64,000 bases of DNA, from contig NC_087437.1 of NCBI RefSeq assembly GCF_036321535.1, positions 32,242,001 through 32,306,000 of the forward strand. Reading direction: 5' to 3'. Positions 36,691 through 49,323 of this stretch are shown one piece after another. The notes beneath the pieces are model-generated. The model made no database searches. It was not told the origin of the DNA and saw only the letters and a list, made by a program, of their open reading frames with translations. Origin of the DNA: Camelus dromedarius (lineage: Eukaryota). Within the stretch, counting starts at the first letter, position 1, and each line of letters starts with the position of its first letter. Made by a program: the position numbers and the translations under genes.

Positions 36691-38599
36691 ATTACCAAAA
36701 AAGCCATCACTATATAAATGGGCCTGGGCCCATTTTCACTTTCTGAGAAATCACCTAGCCCCAAAATATTAACATTGAAATAGTCCAGAAAACTTAGGTA
36801 TTTTTCCTTCATCGAAATCTTGACTTCCCAGGGCCTTTAAAATCTCCCTCCCTCATTCTCTCCCTTCCCATCTACCCCCTCTCAGTGGTGATCAGAGGCA
36901 TCTGTGATATGAGCCTGTGGCCTTGGGAGGCCCAGAGGCCTGAGGAAACAGGACTACCTCCACCTCTGGCCTTTTGTTCAGAACCTTCTTGCCCTCAATC
37001 TTCCTTCCGTGTGCCTCTCACCTAGGTCCTGTGTCTCAGTCCATGCTTAGCTTCTTTAGATGGTGTGGCAGTTGGAATATCAGCCTGGTTTTCAACTGCA
37101 GATTTGCCTCCACGGGGATGACTTTTCACTGATGCCCATGGGCTGAGTCTGCATCCCGCCTCCTCTGTTTCATCCTCAAACCCCGCTGTCCAGCCTCCTC
37201 CATTGGGTCTAGAGGGTTGGACACACCCTGAATCCACCGGAAGGGAGTCTGAACACACCCTGCCCACGATCCCCCTGCATTTTATTTCTATCCTAAACTT
37301 GCAAGCTAATTGTTATCCTGCCACCCTTAGCTGACAGAATGTATAAAGGGAATGGCCTTTGAAGGTAAAAGAGCATTACGGCTGGATTTAAGTAATAACG
37401 CGTCTCTCACAAGCCTGCACAAGTTGCAGTTTGGTGAAAATTACAGTCAAACCCTGTGTTGTAAACTGCTGTTTACTGGAGAAAAGAGAAAGCAAGGGAA
37501 AAAAAAATCCTGTAAGATACAGAAACAGTATCTGAGACCACCTGGCAGGGTGCTTGGAATCATTATGATGAGTAAAGAAAGCCTTGACAGTGACGGATAA
37601 CCTCGGGAAGATCTGAACAGGGCCTTTTGTTTATCTTCACTTGCTTTTGCATTTAAGTCATGTCTTTCACTTGGGGGAGAGATTTCATCTTTGAAAGCTG
37701 AAACGATTTTTAACTCAAGAAAGAGGTTTACTGAGTTTTCCATGGACTTGTTTCCCCCATTCGCCCCCCACCCCCTACTTCTCTTTGCCTCCCTTCCTGC
37801 CTGCCTCCTTCCCTTCCAGCTGGGGTGTGTCAGTCCTGGGTGCCAGATGCAAAATGATTAAGCCCGTGCAGTTCCCCAAGTTGGACTTGTTATTGATTAG
37901 CACTTCCAAAATCAAACAGAATCTCTGATCACTATTGCAGGGCGGCCACCACTGGCTTGGGATCCAAGAGCTGCTAGAGTGTTTGAGCCTGAGCAGGCAG
38001 AGGGGGAGTTTTGAGGTGTCCTCCCCTACTTCATCACTTCTGTAGCCTGCAAGGAGGAAGAATAGCAACTTTCATCGCCAATTCATGTTTCTTAAGCACC
38101 GACTGGATGTGGGGCAGTGTGCAGTCACAGAGGGGATTTTGACAATTAGCAGGAGCTGCCATCTTTACTCTCCTTGGCTGTGATAATTAATGCCTTAGGA
38201 CATTTTTATGAGTTGGTATGTGCCTGGCACATGACATATAGTACTGAGAGCATCAATTACATCTGACCCTTTTCAAAGAATGGGGAATTCAACAAAGAGG
38301 CCATTTTGCCCATTTGGGTTGTAGATATTCTGGCAGGTAATTTGAAATATTAGTGAAATAAAATTAGAAGAGAGGGTCTGTTTGCAAACCAACCACTACC
38401 TAGTCATCTGTCCAAAGGCATGAGGTACAACCTCACTCTGTGTCACCTGTCCCCAATTCCTGCCCTTGCTGATGTATCAAGATACAAGTCAGTGATCTCC
38501 ACATGTACATGTGTCTGTCTTTTCATCTCTACACCCAGTCCAACCTCCCTTCCTTCTTCTCTACGTATACATATAAACGTACACATGCACACACACACA

Positions 38600-39120
38600 A
38601 ACAGAATTGCTTTTCTTAACTATTTAAGTAGGCTGTATACACCAAGCCCCCTTATCCTTAAATACTTCAATGTGTGTTACAGAAGAATATTCTTTTACAT
38701 AATCATAGATTATTAAATTCAAGACATTTAACATTGTTACAATACTAGTATGCAAACTTAGCCCATATTCAAATTTTATCAACTGTCCCAATAATGTCCT
38801 TTATAGTGTTTACCAGCCCAAGATCTAATCATGAATCACACATTACATTTAGTTATCATGTCTCTTTAGTCTCCTCTAATCTGGGAGAATTCCTCAGCCT
38901 TTTAATATTTCATCTTTTATGACACTGGCATTTTTGAAGACTACAGGTAGGTTGTTTTGTATATTATCTCTCAATTTGGCCTTGTCTGATATTTCTTCAT
39001 GATTGGATTCAGGTTATGCATTTGGGGAAGGAATTCTACATAAGCAGAATTATTTCCATCTGAGGGCATGATATTAGGGAACACATGATATCAGTTTGTC
39101 TCCTTTTTTGCCATGTTATC
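38600..39120 (-). mobile_element. L1MC-like 3' end
   Basis: ttaaatacttcaatgtgtg...catattcaaatttt..caactgtcccaataatgtcctttatag...gttatcatgtctctttagtctcc...gattcaggttatgcattt. Confidence 0.8.
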
Positions 39121-39432
39121 TAAGACAAGTTTTTTAAAGAGTTTGTAAACTCACCTTTTTAAAAGCTGTTAGTATAGCCAGCTAGTGGGCAATATTAAAG
39201 ACTTTGAGTTCCAGCTCTAAGGATTAAAGAGAAATTAGAAATATGTGTTGTAGGGGCCTGAAACTTGAGACTGGCCTAAAATATCAAAGAACAAACAAAG
39301 AAACAAACAAACAAAACACACCTCTTTTGCTTAAGATAGCACAAATCCAAAAGCTTACAGATTGAACCCACTGAGTCTGACTAATGGTTCCCAAACATGG
39401 TTAAAGCCTAAAGAGAGAGTAACAGTCTTCTT

Positions 39433-39566
39433 CTTAAAAAATTTATTTATTTTGGGGGGTAATTAGGTTTATTTATTTATCTTCAGAGGAGGTACTGGGA
39501 ACTGAGCCCAGGACCTTGTGTGTGCTAAGCATGTGCTCTACCACTTGAGCTATACTCTACCCCACC
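39433..39566 (-). mobile_element. tRNA-derived SINE, camelid vic-1 type
   Basis: Minus strand reads gagtatagctcaagtggtagagc (A box)...ggtcctgggctcagttccc (B box) cagtacctcc...aaataaacctaattacccccc; TSD agtaacagtcttctt (39418) / agtaatagtcatctt (39567). Confidence 0.88.
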
Positions 39567-39644
39567 AGTAATAGTCATCTTTTCTCTTTCTCTTTCACCT
39601 TTCTCTTTATCAACATGCACTGAATATTACTGTTGTTGTTGTTA

Positions 39645-39720
39645 ATTCTGGGCTTCACCTTCCTCATCTTTTAAGTAAAGAGGTTGGACTTAATGATTCA
39701 TTAAGTTCTCCCAGTATCTG
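39645..39720 (+). mobile_element. MIR3-like fragment
   Basis: ttcctcatcttttaagtaaagaggttggacttaatgat. Confidence 0.55.
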
Positions 39721-40551
39721 TGTTCTCAGTAATATAGGCAAAGCACATGGAATTTACAAAACATAGAGCATGGGACTTAGGAAATAGAAAAAAATATACC
39801 TACAAGAAAGAAATTCTGGAGAAGAACTTTCCTTAATGTTTAGCAGCCAGAAAGGAAGGGCTCGAAGTCAAAGGTTGTCTCGACATAATTTGAAACTGTT
39901 CTTAATTGTCTCTCTGCTTTCTTGGTCACCAGAGTATCTAACAGGAGATGAACCTTTTGCTTAAAAGGGCATGGAAGTTCTCATTTTATGAAATTTTTAA
40001 GGTAGCTACTATTAGAATCTAGAAAATAAAAATTCTAAGTTATTTTCTATTCTTATTGGAGATGACCTGATATGTCCTTTAAATCTTCTATTGTGGAAAT
40101 GTTTGATGTCTGAGTTTTTTTGTTTATTTATTTGATGTGTTAACTTTTCCCTTTGACATAAATCTTTGGTTTATTCACTCTGAACCAGAGCCTGACATGC
40201 TCTCCAAGGCTGATGCCAGGCTTTCCAGGCAGTTGTTGGGGAAGAGTTGGCCACTGGGTGATTTCCTTATGACTGCCAGATTTCCAGATAAGGAAGAATC
40301 CCACTTTATTTTAGAACAGCCTCAGCTCAGGGCCGGAGCATAAACAACAAAGGAGAACTACTGGGCTCAAGAGAAGTTCTGAGGTATCTTCTCAGTGTGT
40401 CCTGGAGACTGGAACAGGTAGACCAAAGCTAGGAATTTGTGCAAATTCATGGCCTTTGCAGAACTTCTGAAAGGGATCTTACAAATAATCATATTATAGA
40501 CAAGTAAACTGAAGGCCAGGAGGTTGTCTTGCCTAAGATCAAACAGCAAGG

Positions 40552-40778
40552 AATAATAGGTACTTTTCTAAGCACCTACTATGACCCCTGCACTTTACAT
40601 TACATTATCTTTAATTCTCACAGTACCCTTAAGATATATTGACTCTTATTTCAAGGTTAAAAGTCAGACTGAGAAAAGTTAAAATACTTGCCCATGCTAC
40701 ATAGCTAGTAGGTAGCAGAGCCTGGTCTTGAACTGGGCCTGTCAGATAATAAACTCCCTGCATGTTTCTACACCACGT
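40552..40778 (-). mobile_element. MIR SINE
   Basis: aagcacctactatg...attatctttaattctcacag...acttgccca..ctacatagctagtaggtagcagagcctgg. Confidence 0.8.
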
Positions 40779-40914
40779 TATGGGCAAAAGGGAGGCTGGC
40801 CAGGGTACTTGTTCCTTCCTCCTGTCTCTTACTCTCGGGTGAGAGCTGTGTGAAGCTTGAGTGGGTTGATGCTGTCAGAATTCTTCAAATGTACTTCCCC
40901 TGTCAGAGTACTTA

Positions 40915-41065
40915 TTATCTATTGTTATTACTTATAGGATTTTCTGTCTGCCCCGCCCTGGTCACAAGTTCCTCTGGGGCAGGAATCCTGCCTTTAGTTC
41001 AGAATTACAACTGATGCATCAGCACAGTGCCTGGAACATAGAAGATGTTCAATAAATGCTTATCA
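40915..41065 (+). mobile_element. L2 3' end
   Basis: cagcacagtgcctggaacatagaagatgttcaataaatgctt. Confidence 0.75.
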
Positions 41066-41250
41066 GGAGGCATAAAGGAAGGGAAGGAGGGAGACAGAGA
41101 AAGGAGAATGAAAAACAGAGAATGAGAGTAAGGAAGGAAAAAATAAAAGAAGAAAACTGTAGAGAAATTAAGTGGAGCTCTGACTTTATTACATTGCTAA
41201 GGCCTTCCTCCCTGTCACAAATTGCAAAGGAACCTAATTGGGTGATTTTT

Positions 41251-41275
41251 ACACACACACACACACACATACACA
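41251..41275. repeat. (CA)n microsatellite
   Basis: Directly visible. Confidence 0.9.
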
Positions 41276-41289
41276 AATGATACTACATT

Positions 41290-41560
41290 TTGGTTTTATC
41301 TTAGCAGAGAAAATTGCAAACAACTTAATTACTCAAAAATAAATGCATGAGTAAGTAAATTAGGTACATCCACTCAATGGAAGAATATGCAAATATTAAA
41401 AATAATTGTGTCAAATACTAGAAGGAAATGCAAGAAAATATGTTGTCTAGGATACAATTATTGGTTTAAAAAGGAAGCAGAATATTAAAATGTAGATATG
41501 TGCAGATGGATAAAGACAAAAGAATATATACACAGATATGGGAGTTTCCAGTTTTATTAT
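41290..41560 (+). mobile_element. Old L1ME-like 3' fragment
   Basis: aaaattgcaaacaacttaa...gtaaattaggtacatccactcaatggaagaatatgca. Confidence 0.6.
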
Positions 41561-41629
41561 ATAATTTTTAAAATACATAGGGCCTAATATAATGTTGGGT
41601 ACACAGTAAAAGTTAAAAATAAGAACAAC

Positions 41630-42349
41630 TATGGTTTGGTACAGCCATTATGGAAAACTGTATGGAGCTTCCTAAAAAAAGAAAAGAACTACCATATGAT
41701 CCAGCAATTCCACTCCTAGATATACATCCAAGGAAATAAAATTGCTCTCTTAAAGAGATATCTGTCCTCCCATGTTCATTTCAGCATTATTCACAGTAGC
41801 CAAGATGCGGAAACAACCTAAGTGTTCATTCACAGGAGAATGGATAAAGAAAATGTAAGCTTTTCATTTGGAATATTGTTCAGTCTGAAAAAGGAAGAAA
41901 ATCCTGCCATTTGTGACAACATGGGTGATTCTGGAGAACATTATACCAAGTGAAATAAGCCAGAGACAGAAAGACAAATACTGCATAATCTCATATGTAG
42001 AGTCTAAAAAAGTCAACTGCAGATAAACAGAGAGTAGAATGGTGGTTTCCAGGGGCTAGGGGTGGCGGGTAGAAGAAATGGGGAGATGTTGGTCAAAGGG
42101 TGCTTTAAGATATAAGATGAATAATATCTGAAGACCTAATGTACAGCATGGTGACTATAGTTAACAAGATAGTGTACATTTCAAGTTTGCAAGGAGAGTA
42201 GAGCTCAAGTGTTCTCACCACACACATACATACAAAGGTAACTATGTGACATGATGGATACATTAATTAGCTTGATTGTGGTAATCATTTCATAATGTAT
42301 ACATACATCAAAACATCACACTGTACACCTTAAAGATATACCATTTTTT
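41630..42349 (+). mobile_element. L1MA9-like 3' end (host of a younger L1)
   Basis: gaactaccatatgatccagcaattccactcc...gagagtagaatggtggtttccagggg...gtacagcatggtgactatagttaa; its tail resumes at 43649-43682. Confidence 0.9.
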
Positions 42350-43630
42350 GGCTTAATGACTTAAATATAAGACAAGACACTATAAACCTTCTAGAAGAAA
42401 ACATAGGCAATACATTTTCTGACAATATATCTTAGCAATGTTCTCCTAGGGCAGTCTACCCAGACAACAGAAATAAAAGCAAAAATAAGCAAATGGGATC
42501 TAACTAAACTTGTAAGCTTTTGCATAGCAAAGGAAACCATAAACAAAACAAAATGACAACCTACAGAATGGGAGACAACAAAAAAAAATATTTACAAATG
42601 ATGTGACTGACAAAGGCTTAATTTCCAGAATATATAAACAGTTCATACAACTTAAAAACAACAACAAAAAAAAAACCCCACAAAACAATCCAAAAATGGG
42701 TAGAAGACCTAAACAAGCAATTCTCCAATGAAGACATACAAATGGCCTACAAGCACATGAAAAATTACTCAGTATCACTAATTATCAGATAAATGCAAAT
42801 TAAAACTACAATGAGGTATCACCTCACACCAGTCAGGATGGCTATCATTCAAAAGTTCACAAATGACAAATGCTGGGGAGAATGTGGAGAAAAGGAAACC
42901 CTCCTACACTGCTGGTGGGAATGTAGTTTGGTGCAGCCATTATGGAAAACAGTATGAAGATTCCTCAAAAAACTAAAAATAGACTTACCATATGATCCAG
43001 CAATCCCATTCCTGTGCATATATCTGGAGGGAACTCTAATTTGAAAAGATACATGCACCCCAATGTTCATAACAGCACTATTTAGAATAGCCAAGACATG
43101 GAAACCACCTAAATGTTCATCAACAAATGACTGGATAAAGAAGCTGTGATACAGTTACACAATGTAATACTACTCAGTCATAAAAAATAATAAAATAATG
43201 CCATTTGCAGCAACATGGAAGGACCTGGAGATCATCGTTCTAAGTGAAGTAAGCCAGAAAGAGAAAGAAAAATGCCATATGATATCACTCATATGTGGAA
43301 TATAAAAAAAGAAAAAAGAAGACACTAATGAACTTATCTATAAAACAGAAACAGACTCACAGAAATAGTAAACAAACTTATGGTTACTGGGGGAAAGAGG
43401 GTGGGAAGGGAAAATTGGGAGTTTGAGATTTGCTAATATTAACCACTATATATAAAATAGATGAACAGTAAGTTTCTACTGTATAGCACAGGGAACTATA
43501 TTCAATAGCTTATAGTAACTTATAATGAAAAAGAATATGAAAAGGAATATACATATGTATATGTATGACTGAAATATTATATTGTACACCAGAAACTAAC
43601 ACACTGTAAACTGACTATACTTTAATAAAA
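42350..43630 (+). mobile_element. Artiodactyl/camelid L1 with ORF2 C-terminal remnant
   Basis: 42811-42954 translates to [48 protein letters not shown] then stop (ORF2p cysteine-rich motif); 3'UTR and A tail; degenerate TSD aaagatataccatttttt / aaagatacacaagtttta. Confidence 0.95.
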
Positions 43631-43739
43631 AAAGATACACAAGTTTTACTTGTCAAATATACTTCAGTAAAGCTGGAAAAAAGCTAAAGCACACACAGAA
43701 AATTGAAAACAAAAAATAATCATGGTTTACTGACCATTT

Positions 43740-45500
43740 ACACTGATTGCCAAGATGGAATAATAGGGATTGGATTTGCCAATTGCCTTAAACAACAAAT
43801 AACAAAAACAGAATGTATGAAACAATAATTTTCAGAGAATGGACAATAGGCTGCAAAGTTCAATAATCCCTGAGAGAAGGAAAACAAACCAGATAAACCC
43901 TATAATTGTCCCAGCTTACTGCCTGGAGAGTTTCAATGTCACAGTGCAGGGAGGGAGAACCAAAACAGAACCTGGAAGTCTCTCTGAGTTGAGAAGACAA
44001 AGCTGAGAAGTAAGGAAGGCCAAAGCAACTAACATTTTCAGGGCAGAGTAACCAATTATAGAGAGCTACACAGAAAGAAAGCTCTGGAGATATTTCCCCT
44101 AGAGTCTCCAGCTGAGTACTGATCAGTGCATGCAAGTGAGGAAGCAACCCAAGGGCAGGGCACAGAACTACTGGAAAGAAACAGACCATGTTCTCACTGG
44201 CCAGAGTGGAGAGATACTATGATAAGTGGAGCATTGGATACAGTACTCAGAAGTGTATTGTCTCAGTAGACTAGATTAAAATCTAGGCTAAAAGCTGTTC
44301 TAGTCTGCCTAAGAAATCTTAAAGGCAAGTCTTGAAAGGATCATATTGTTTCCAAGTAACTTCCTTGCATCTCAAGGGGAAAAAAAAGCTCAAGAATGTT
44401 TAGAGAAATATTAAAATAGTTAGTACCCTACAAGGTAAAATTCACATGGTCTGGTATTCAACTAAAAATCACCAGGCATGCAAAGAGGAGGAAAATAGAA
44501 CTCATAATAAGGCCAAAAACCAATCAGTAGAAAAGATTCAGAACTGACACTGTTGATAGACTCAGCAGACAAGGATTTAAGAAAAATTATTATAACTCAG
44601 TCCACATATTGAAAAAGCTAGAGGAAAGCATAAACATATTAAGTAGAGGAAGATATAAAACGATGCAATTTGAACTTCTGGACATGAAAACTGTAATGTC
44701 TGATAGGAAAAATCCACTGGATGGAATTAACAGCAGACTAGACATTGCCAAAGTAAGGATTAGTGAACTTCAGGACTAGCAAGAGGAATTAACCCAAATG
44801 AAACACAGGGAGACAAAAGACTGAAATAAAATGAAAAGAGACTTGGTGGACAGTGGGACAACATTGAGGAGCCTGACATCTATGTAATCGGAGTCCTTGA
44901 AGGAGGGGTTGGAATAAAAAAAATACTTGAAGAAATAATGGCTAAAATTTTTCAAATTTTAACCTATAAACCCGCAGATCTAAGAAGCTCATTCAATTGA
45001 CCTTGAAACCCAAGACAGCTACTCAAAGCTTTCGAATAATCAAAGTATTTTAAAATAGTGATAAAGAGAGAATCTTAAAACCAGCCAGAGGAAAAAAGAC
45101 TTATGTACAAAGGAACAAAGATAAGAATGACAGCAAACTTCTTATTAGATAAAATGCAAGCCAGAAGACAGTGGATTAACATCTACTAGCGGCAAAGAAA
45201 AGAATGATCATTCTAGAACCTTATACCCAGCAATATCTTTCATGAGTGAAGGTGAAATAAAGACTTTTCAGGCATACAAAAGCTGAAAGAACTCATTACA
45301 AACAGACCTGCTGTATAAGAAATGTTAAAGGAAGTCCGTTAGGCAGAATGAAAATCTTTTTTTTTTTTGATTTATAATCATTTTACAATGTTGTGTCAAA
45401 TTCCAGTGGAAAATCTTATTAGATGAAAATCTAGGTGCATAAAAAGGAATGAAGAGCATTGAGCATGGGAATTGGTAAACATACGGGTAAAAACATACAA
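43740..45500 (+). mobile_element. Old L1M 5'UTR/ORF1 remnant
   Basis: aaaaatccactggatggaattaacagcagactagacattgcc reads KNPLDGINSRLDIA (ORF1p coiled coil); also tctagaaccttatacccagc and gaaggtgaaataaagac; many disruptions. Confidence 0.85.
45359..45408 (-). mobile_element. Extremely truncated young L1 tail
   Basis: Minus strand cactggaatttgacacaacattgtaaaatgattataaatc plus poly(A); perfect TSD gaaaatctt at 45350 and 45409. Confidence 0.88.
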
Positions 45501-45529
45501 AGATTTTTTTCTTCTCTTTTCTGTCTTTT

Positions 45530-45720
45530 GTCTGAGCATTTACTGTGTGGCAGGTGCTCTGTTAGTTGTTCTGCATACATAACTCATATCCTTATATTGC
45601 CTGTATAAGGTGGGAATTACTATCTCAGTTGCACTGAAGAGGAAACTTTGACTTAATGAGCTCAAGGCCATAGATCCTAGCTAGTGGGGAAGTCAGGGCT
45701 GGTAGCCAAGAATGATTCCC
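45530..45720 (-). mobile_element. MIR SINE
   Basis: tgagcatttactgtgtggcagg...gaagaggaaactttgactta...caaggccatag. Confidence 0.7.
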
Positions 45721-46189
45721 AAACACACAGAAGGCCTTCAATAAATAGCTGTTGTTTGAAAATGTGATGAAAGCCATAGCAAAAATCAAACCTGCAAGGT
45801 GACTACATCATTTGACAACCTCTAGGCAAGCCTTGAATAAAAATATTTCTAAAGGTTTTTACATAATATTTCCTGGAGAAGTAGAAACATGTACAAAAAT
45901 AACTCTTGGTTTTAGGACAAGGTGATAAACCGAGCACACTATAAAATATGCCCCTGGACACCCCAAACACAGTGGGGGATGATCAATAAACCAGAATCTA
46001 TGAGAATTTTTAAGAAATAATACCATGATTAGGTAGCTACAATTAAAAGTTTCCATTCTGGTGGTTAGTGGAGAAGTCTATGGAAGAAAGAAAATGTATA
46101 TACAACCAAGAATCATTAACATTTGGGAAAGTCAATGTCTTGAAAAAGGGAATAGGCAAAACAAACAAATAAATAAAAGAACCTACATA

Positions 46190-46365
46190 TAAGGGAAAAG
46201 AATTAATAGGGCAATCAGAACAGGATTTTTAAATAATTAGATTTAATATCCTTAGTGAGATAAAGGAAAGAATTGCATCTGTTAAACAAGAAGAGGAGGT
46301 CCTGAAACAAGAACAGATTGTTATGAAAAAGAATAAATTAGCAATCTTGGAAAGAGAAGTAACTC
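46190..46365 (+). mobile_element. HAL1/L1 ORF1-like fragment
   Basis: aatatccttagtgagataaaggaaagaattgcatctgttaaacaagaa reads NILSEIKERIASVKQE, an ORF1-type coiled coil. Confidence 0.5.
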
Positions 46366-47549
46366 CAAATTTACAGGAAGAAAAAACAGTTTGAGTGTCA
46401 ATGGGTAGTGTTTTTCAACTTTCCAATGGGAAAGAAACAATTTTTCTAGTAGCTATAGCCAACCTGATGGAAAATCAGAAAACTATAAAGCAAAACTACA
46501 AAGTTTTACCAGAACCAATTAGCTAATGAGGCTCTTACCAGAGGCTGCCTTGTTAACCTTCTGTCCAATGTCCAAAAAACAGTAATTATAACAAGTGATT
46601 TTTCTAGGAGTTCTAGTTCTAGTTTCTAGTGTTCTCTTTAATAGCAGACACAAAACATGGCAAAAGTCTGGCCAGTGGTGTCATGCGCCCACAGAGCTGA
46701 TGTGATTCAGCAATGCACAGGAGTGAAATGCTGTGTGAAGTCGTTCCATGCTCTTCTTAATCCTCTTATCATGATAAGCCATGGAAATTAATGTCCAGAA
46801 ATGAAGAAGGAAATGAAAAGAGATCCTAGAATTTTAATGAGACCTCAAAATGAAGGCTTTTGAGGTTGTTTTATACCTCCAAATTAGCAAAAAGGAAAAT
46901 GAAAACAGCAGTGGGGGAAAACTGAAAGTTTGAGATTAAGTAGTTGAATTCAAACATGCTGAGACACAAGACAGTCAGGGCTTTTATTTCTACTGGCTCT
47001 GAGGCAACAACTTGCTCTCGCCTGAGCTGAACCAACATCCCCGAGAATGCAGGAAGCTAAAGCTAGTTGTGTGATCTCAGGAATAACCCTAGAATGCTAA
47101 TGACAACCTTACCCCAGGTGGGTGGGGAGATGCGTGTGATCCATTGCAGTTCTCCTCCACAATGACGTGGCCTGAGCCTCCAAGATTTTGGGGACCTCAC
47201 TTCCCACATGCTGTCCATGAAATGTGATTCTGATAAAGTTTCAGCAACTGGCTCAAAGGAGATGATCCAAAAATTTGGGGAAAGCATCTTATGTAATTCA
47301 GATTGGGTTAATTTCTTATCAAAACAAAACAGAAAAAAATTTGAAGATCCTTTAGGAATCCATAAACAAGTCTTCCCTATGTAGTTTTGATATTAAAATA
47401 TTGTCATGTCTGCATAATGGTAATTATATTCTAACTATTCCAGATAATAGAAGTAAGAAACAATCAACCAGGAGTGGGCAAAATCCCTTTTTTCTATCTG
47501 TATTTGCAAAACACTGGTCCCTATAAAATGCTCGAAGTAAAAAAAAGAG

Positions 47550-47825
47550 TTTTGTAAACCAGTAATTTGGGGCAGTGCTATGTAAGTTTCTCTTGGAGAG
47601 TCAGAGTGTACATTCAAATATTAAAGGCCCTGTTAAAGCCTGCAACAACAACAACAAAAAGTGTGAACTCTGTTAACTCAGCATCTCTGAAACTAATTTG
47701 TCCATGGATCTATTTGTTTGTCCATCCATTCACCCATCCACCCTCCCAACCATCCATTCACCTATATAACAATGATTACATCTCATGAAACTAGTGTTCC
47801 ATGGAGCACAATTTGGAAAGCATGG
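47550..47825. mobile_element. hAT-Charlie element (MER103-like)
   Basis: ggagagtcagagtgtacattcaaatattaaaggccctg...ctagtgttccatggagcacaatttggaaagcatg. Confidence 0.65.
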
Positions 47826-48429
47826 TACACTAGACACATTTCCACTGCTTTTCTCACCTCTGTGGAGCTTTTGTCAGTGCTCCAACCAGAAAGATCCACA
47901 TGGTCCTCTGTGGTCCCATAGAAATTTCCACAAACCACTTAAAGAATGCCTAATGAGGTTAAACAAAGGTTGAGGAAAAATATTTGATGACTATAATAGC
48001 TTCTCAGACTACACACTCCTCCAGGCATAAGGTATTTTCTTATTCATTTTAATATTCTCAGCACATGGTAGATGGTTAAATATTTGTGCAATCATCTGGT
48101 TACATCATCTCTCATCTTTGTTTTCCCCTGTATTTCTGCTCCATTCTCTTGATGACCGATTTCCTCTGCAGGGTTCCTGGTTTCTGCTTCCCCATGACTT
48201 CAGCTCACACTTTGACTTTGAGCCAGTTTTGGCCCTGACTCTATATGATTTTTGAAATCTAGAGTATACCACTCTTTGATTACTGGCTGTGTCTCTTGGT
48301 TCAAGTTATAAAGAAAAATCTGGTTTAACCCAACTCATGTTTTGCCTCCTCTTTTATCGGCTATCTACCCTTGGTCTAATCATCTGGATCCGGTCACGTA
48401 TAATGAATGGCTGATCCTCTACATGTCCT

Positions 48430-48525
48430 GTTTTCCTTATTAGGAAAATAAGAACTAGAGGATTTCAGAGGGTTAACTCAGGGCCACACCGCTATTAAGT
48501 GATGGAGCTAGGACTTGACTCAGTA
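48430..48525 (-). mobile_element. MIR fragment
   Basis: agagggttaactcagggccacaccgctattaagtgatggagctaggacttga. Confidence 0.6.
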
Positions 48526-48877
48526 TCTTAGGGAAGGCCTTCATAAAGGAGGGGATGGGCCTGAGTTGAACCTTGAGGGATGGGTAGCTTAACAATAGGC
48601 AATTGCCTTCTCATCAGGAAATGTCTTCTCCTGTCTTTGCTTATTTTTTATACATATAAAATCAGCCAAAATGTGGAGAAAGTGGTGTATAGTAGGATTT
48701 AAGCACCAGCCCCCTTATTCCAACTTCTGAGAATATCTTCAGTTTATATCATCGGGGAGGGGGAATTAACACTTAATAAACGGAATCTGGTAGATGAAGA
48801 TGTTAAAAACATTATAGCCACTTGGAAAGAAGGGGCTTAAAAGGTGGACTTTGATGATAAAAGTTTAGAAAACACTA

Positions 48878-49020
48878 ATCTAGTCTAATTTTTTCATTTC
48901 TCAGACTAGAAAGCTGAGATCCAGAATACCTAAGTCAAGGTAGATCACATTTTCAGTGAGCAGCAGAGTTAGATATGGAGTCCAGATCTCTTGGTCACAC
49001 TCTGTGGGGTCTCTTTCCAC
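48878..49020 (-). mobile_element. MIR fragment
   Basis: atctagtctaattttttcatttctcagactagaaagctgag...agcagagttag...ccagatctc. Confidence 0.6.
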
Positions 49021-49148
49021 CCCACTGGCTTGTCTCAAATCCAGCTGGTGAATTGGGTCAGGAGGATCTTGGGAACTTAACATTGTTTGAACTAATGATT
49101 CTGATCACCAGTCTACAAGAAGCAATTTGGGGGCCAGACTCCTGAACA

Positions 49149-49323
49149 TAGTGGTTTTTAATCTTGCTTGCACATATCGTCTACTTGGGGAAATTTAAAA
49201 AATCCCAATGTCCAGGTGACATCCCAGACCAATTAAATAGAATGCAGGAGGTGGGACACAGGCACCACTAGTTTAAAAATCTCCCCAGGGGATTCCAATG
49301 TGCTGCCCAGTAGTGAAGCACTG
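49149..49323. mobile_element. MER5A MITE
   Basis: tagtggttttta...cccagaccaattaaatagaat...ctccccaggggattccaatgtgctgcc...cactg. Confidence 0.8.

Noticed and set aside
39490..39560. tRNA-like sequence on the minus strand
   Set aside because: It is the head of the vic-1 SINE, with a degenerate B box, a SINE tail and a TSD, not a tRNA gene.
42500..43094. Minus-strand ORFs of 81-92 aa
   Set aside because: Antisense readings of L1 ORF2; the sense frame is broken by stops and frameshifts.
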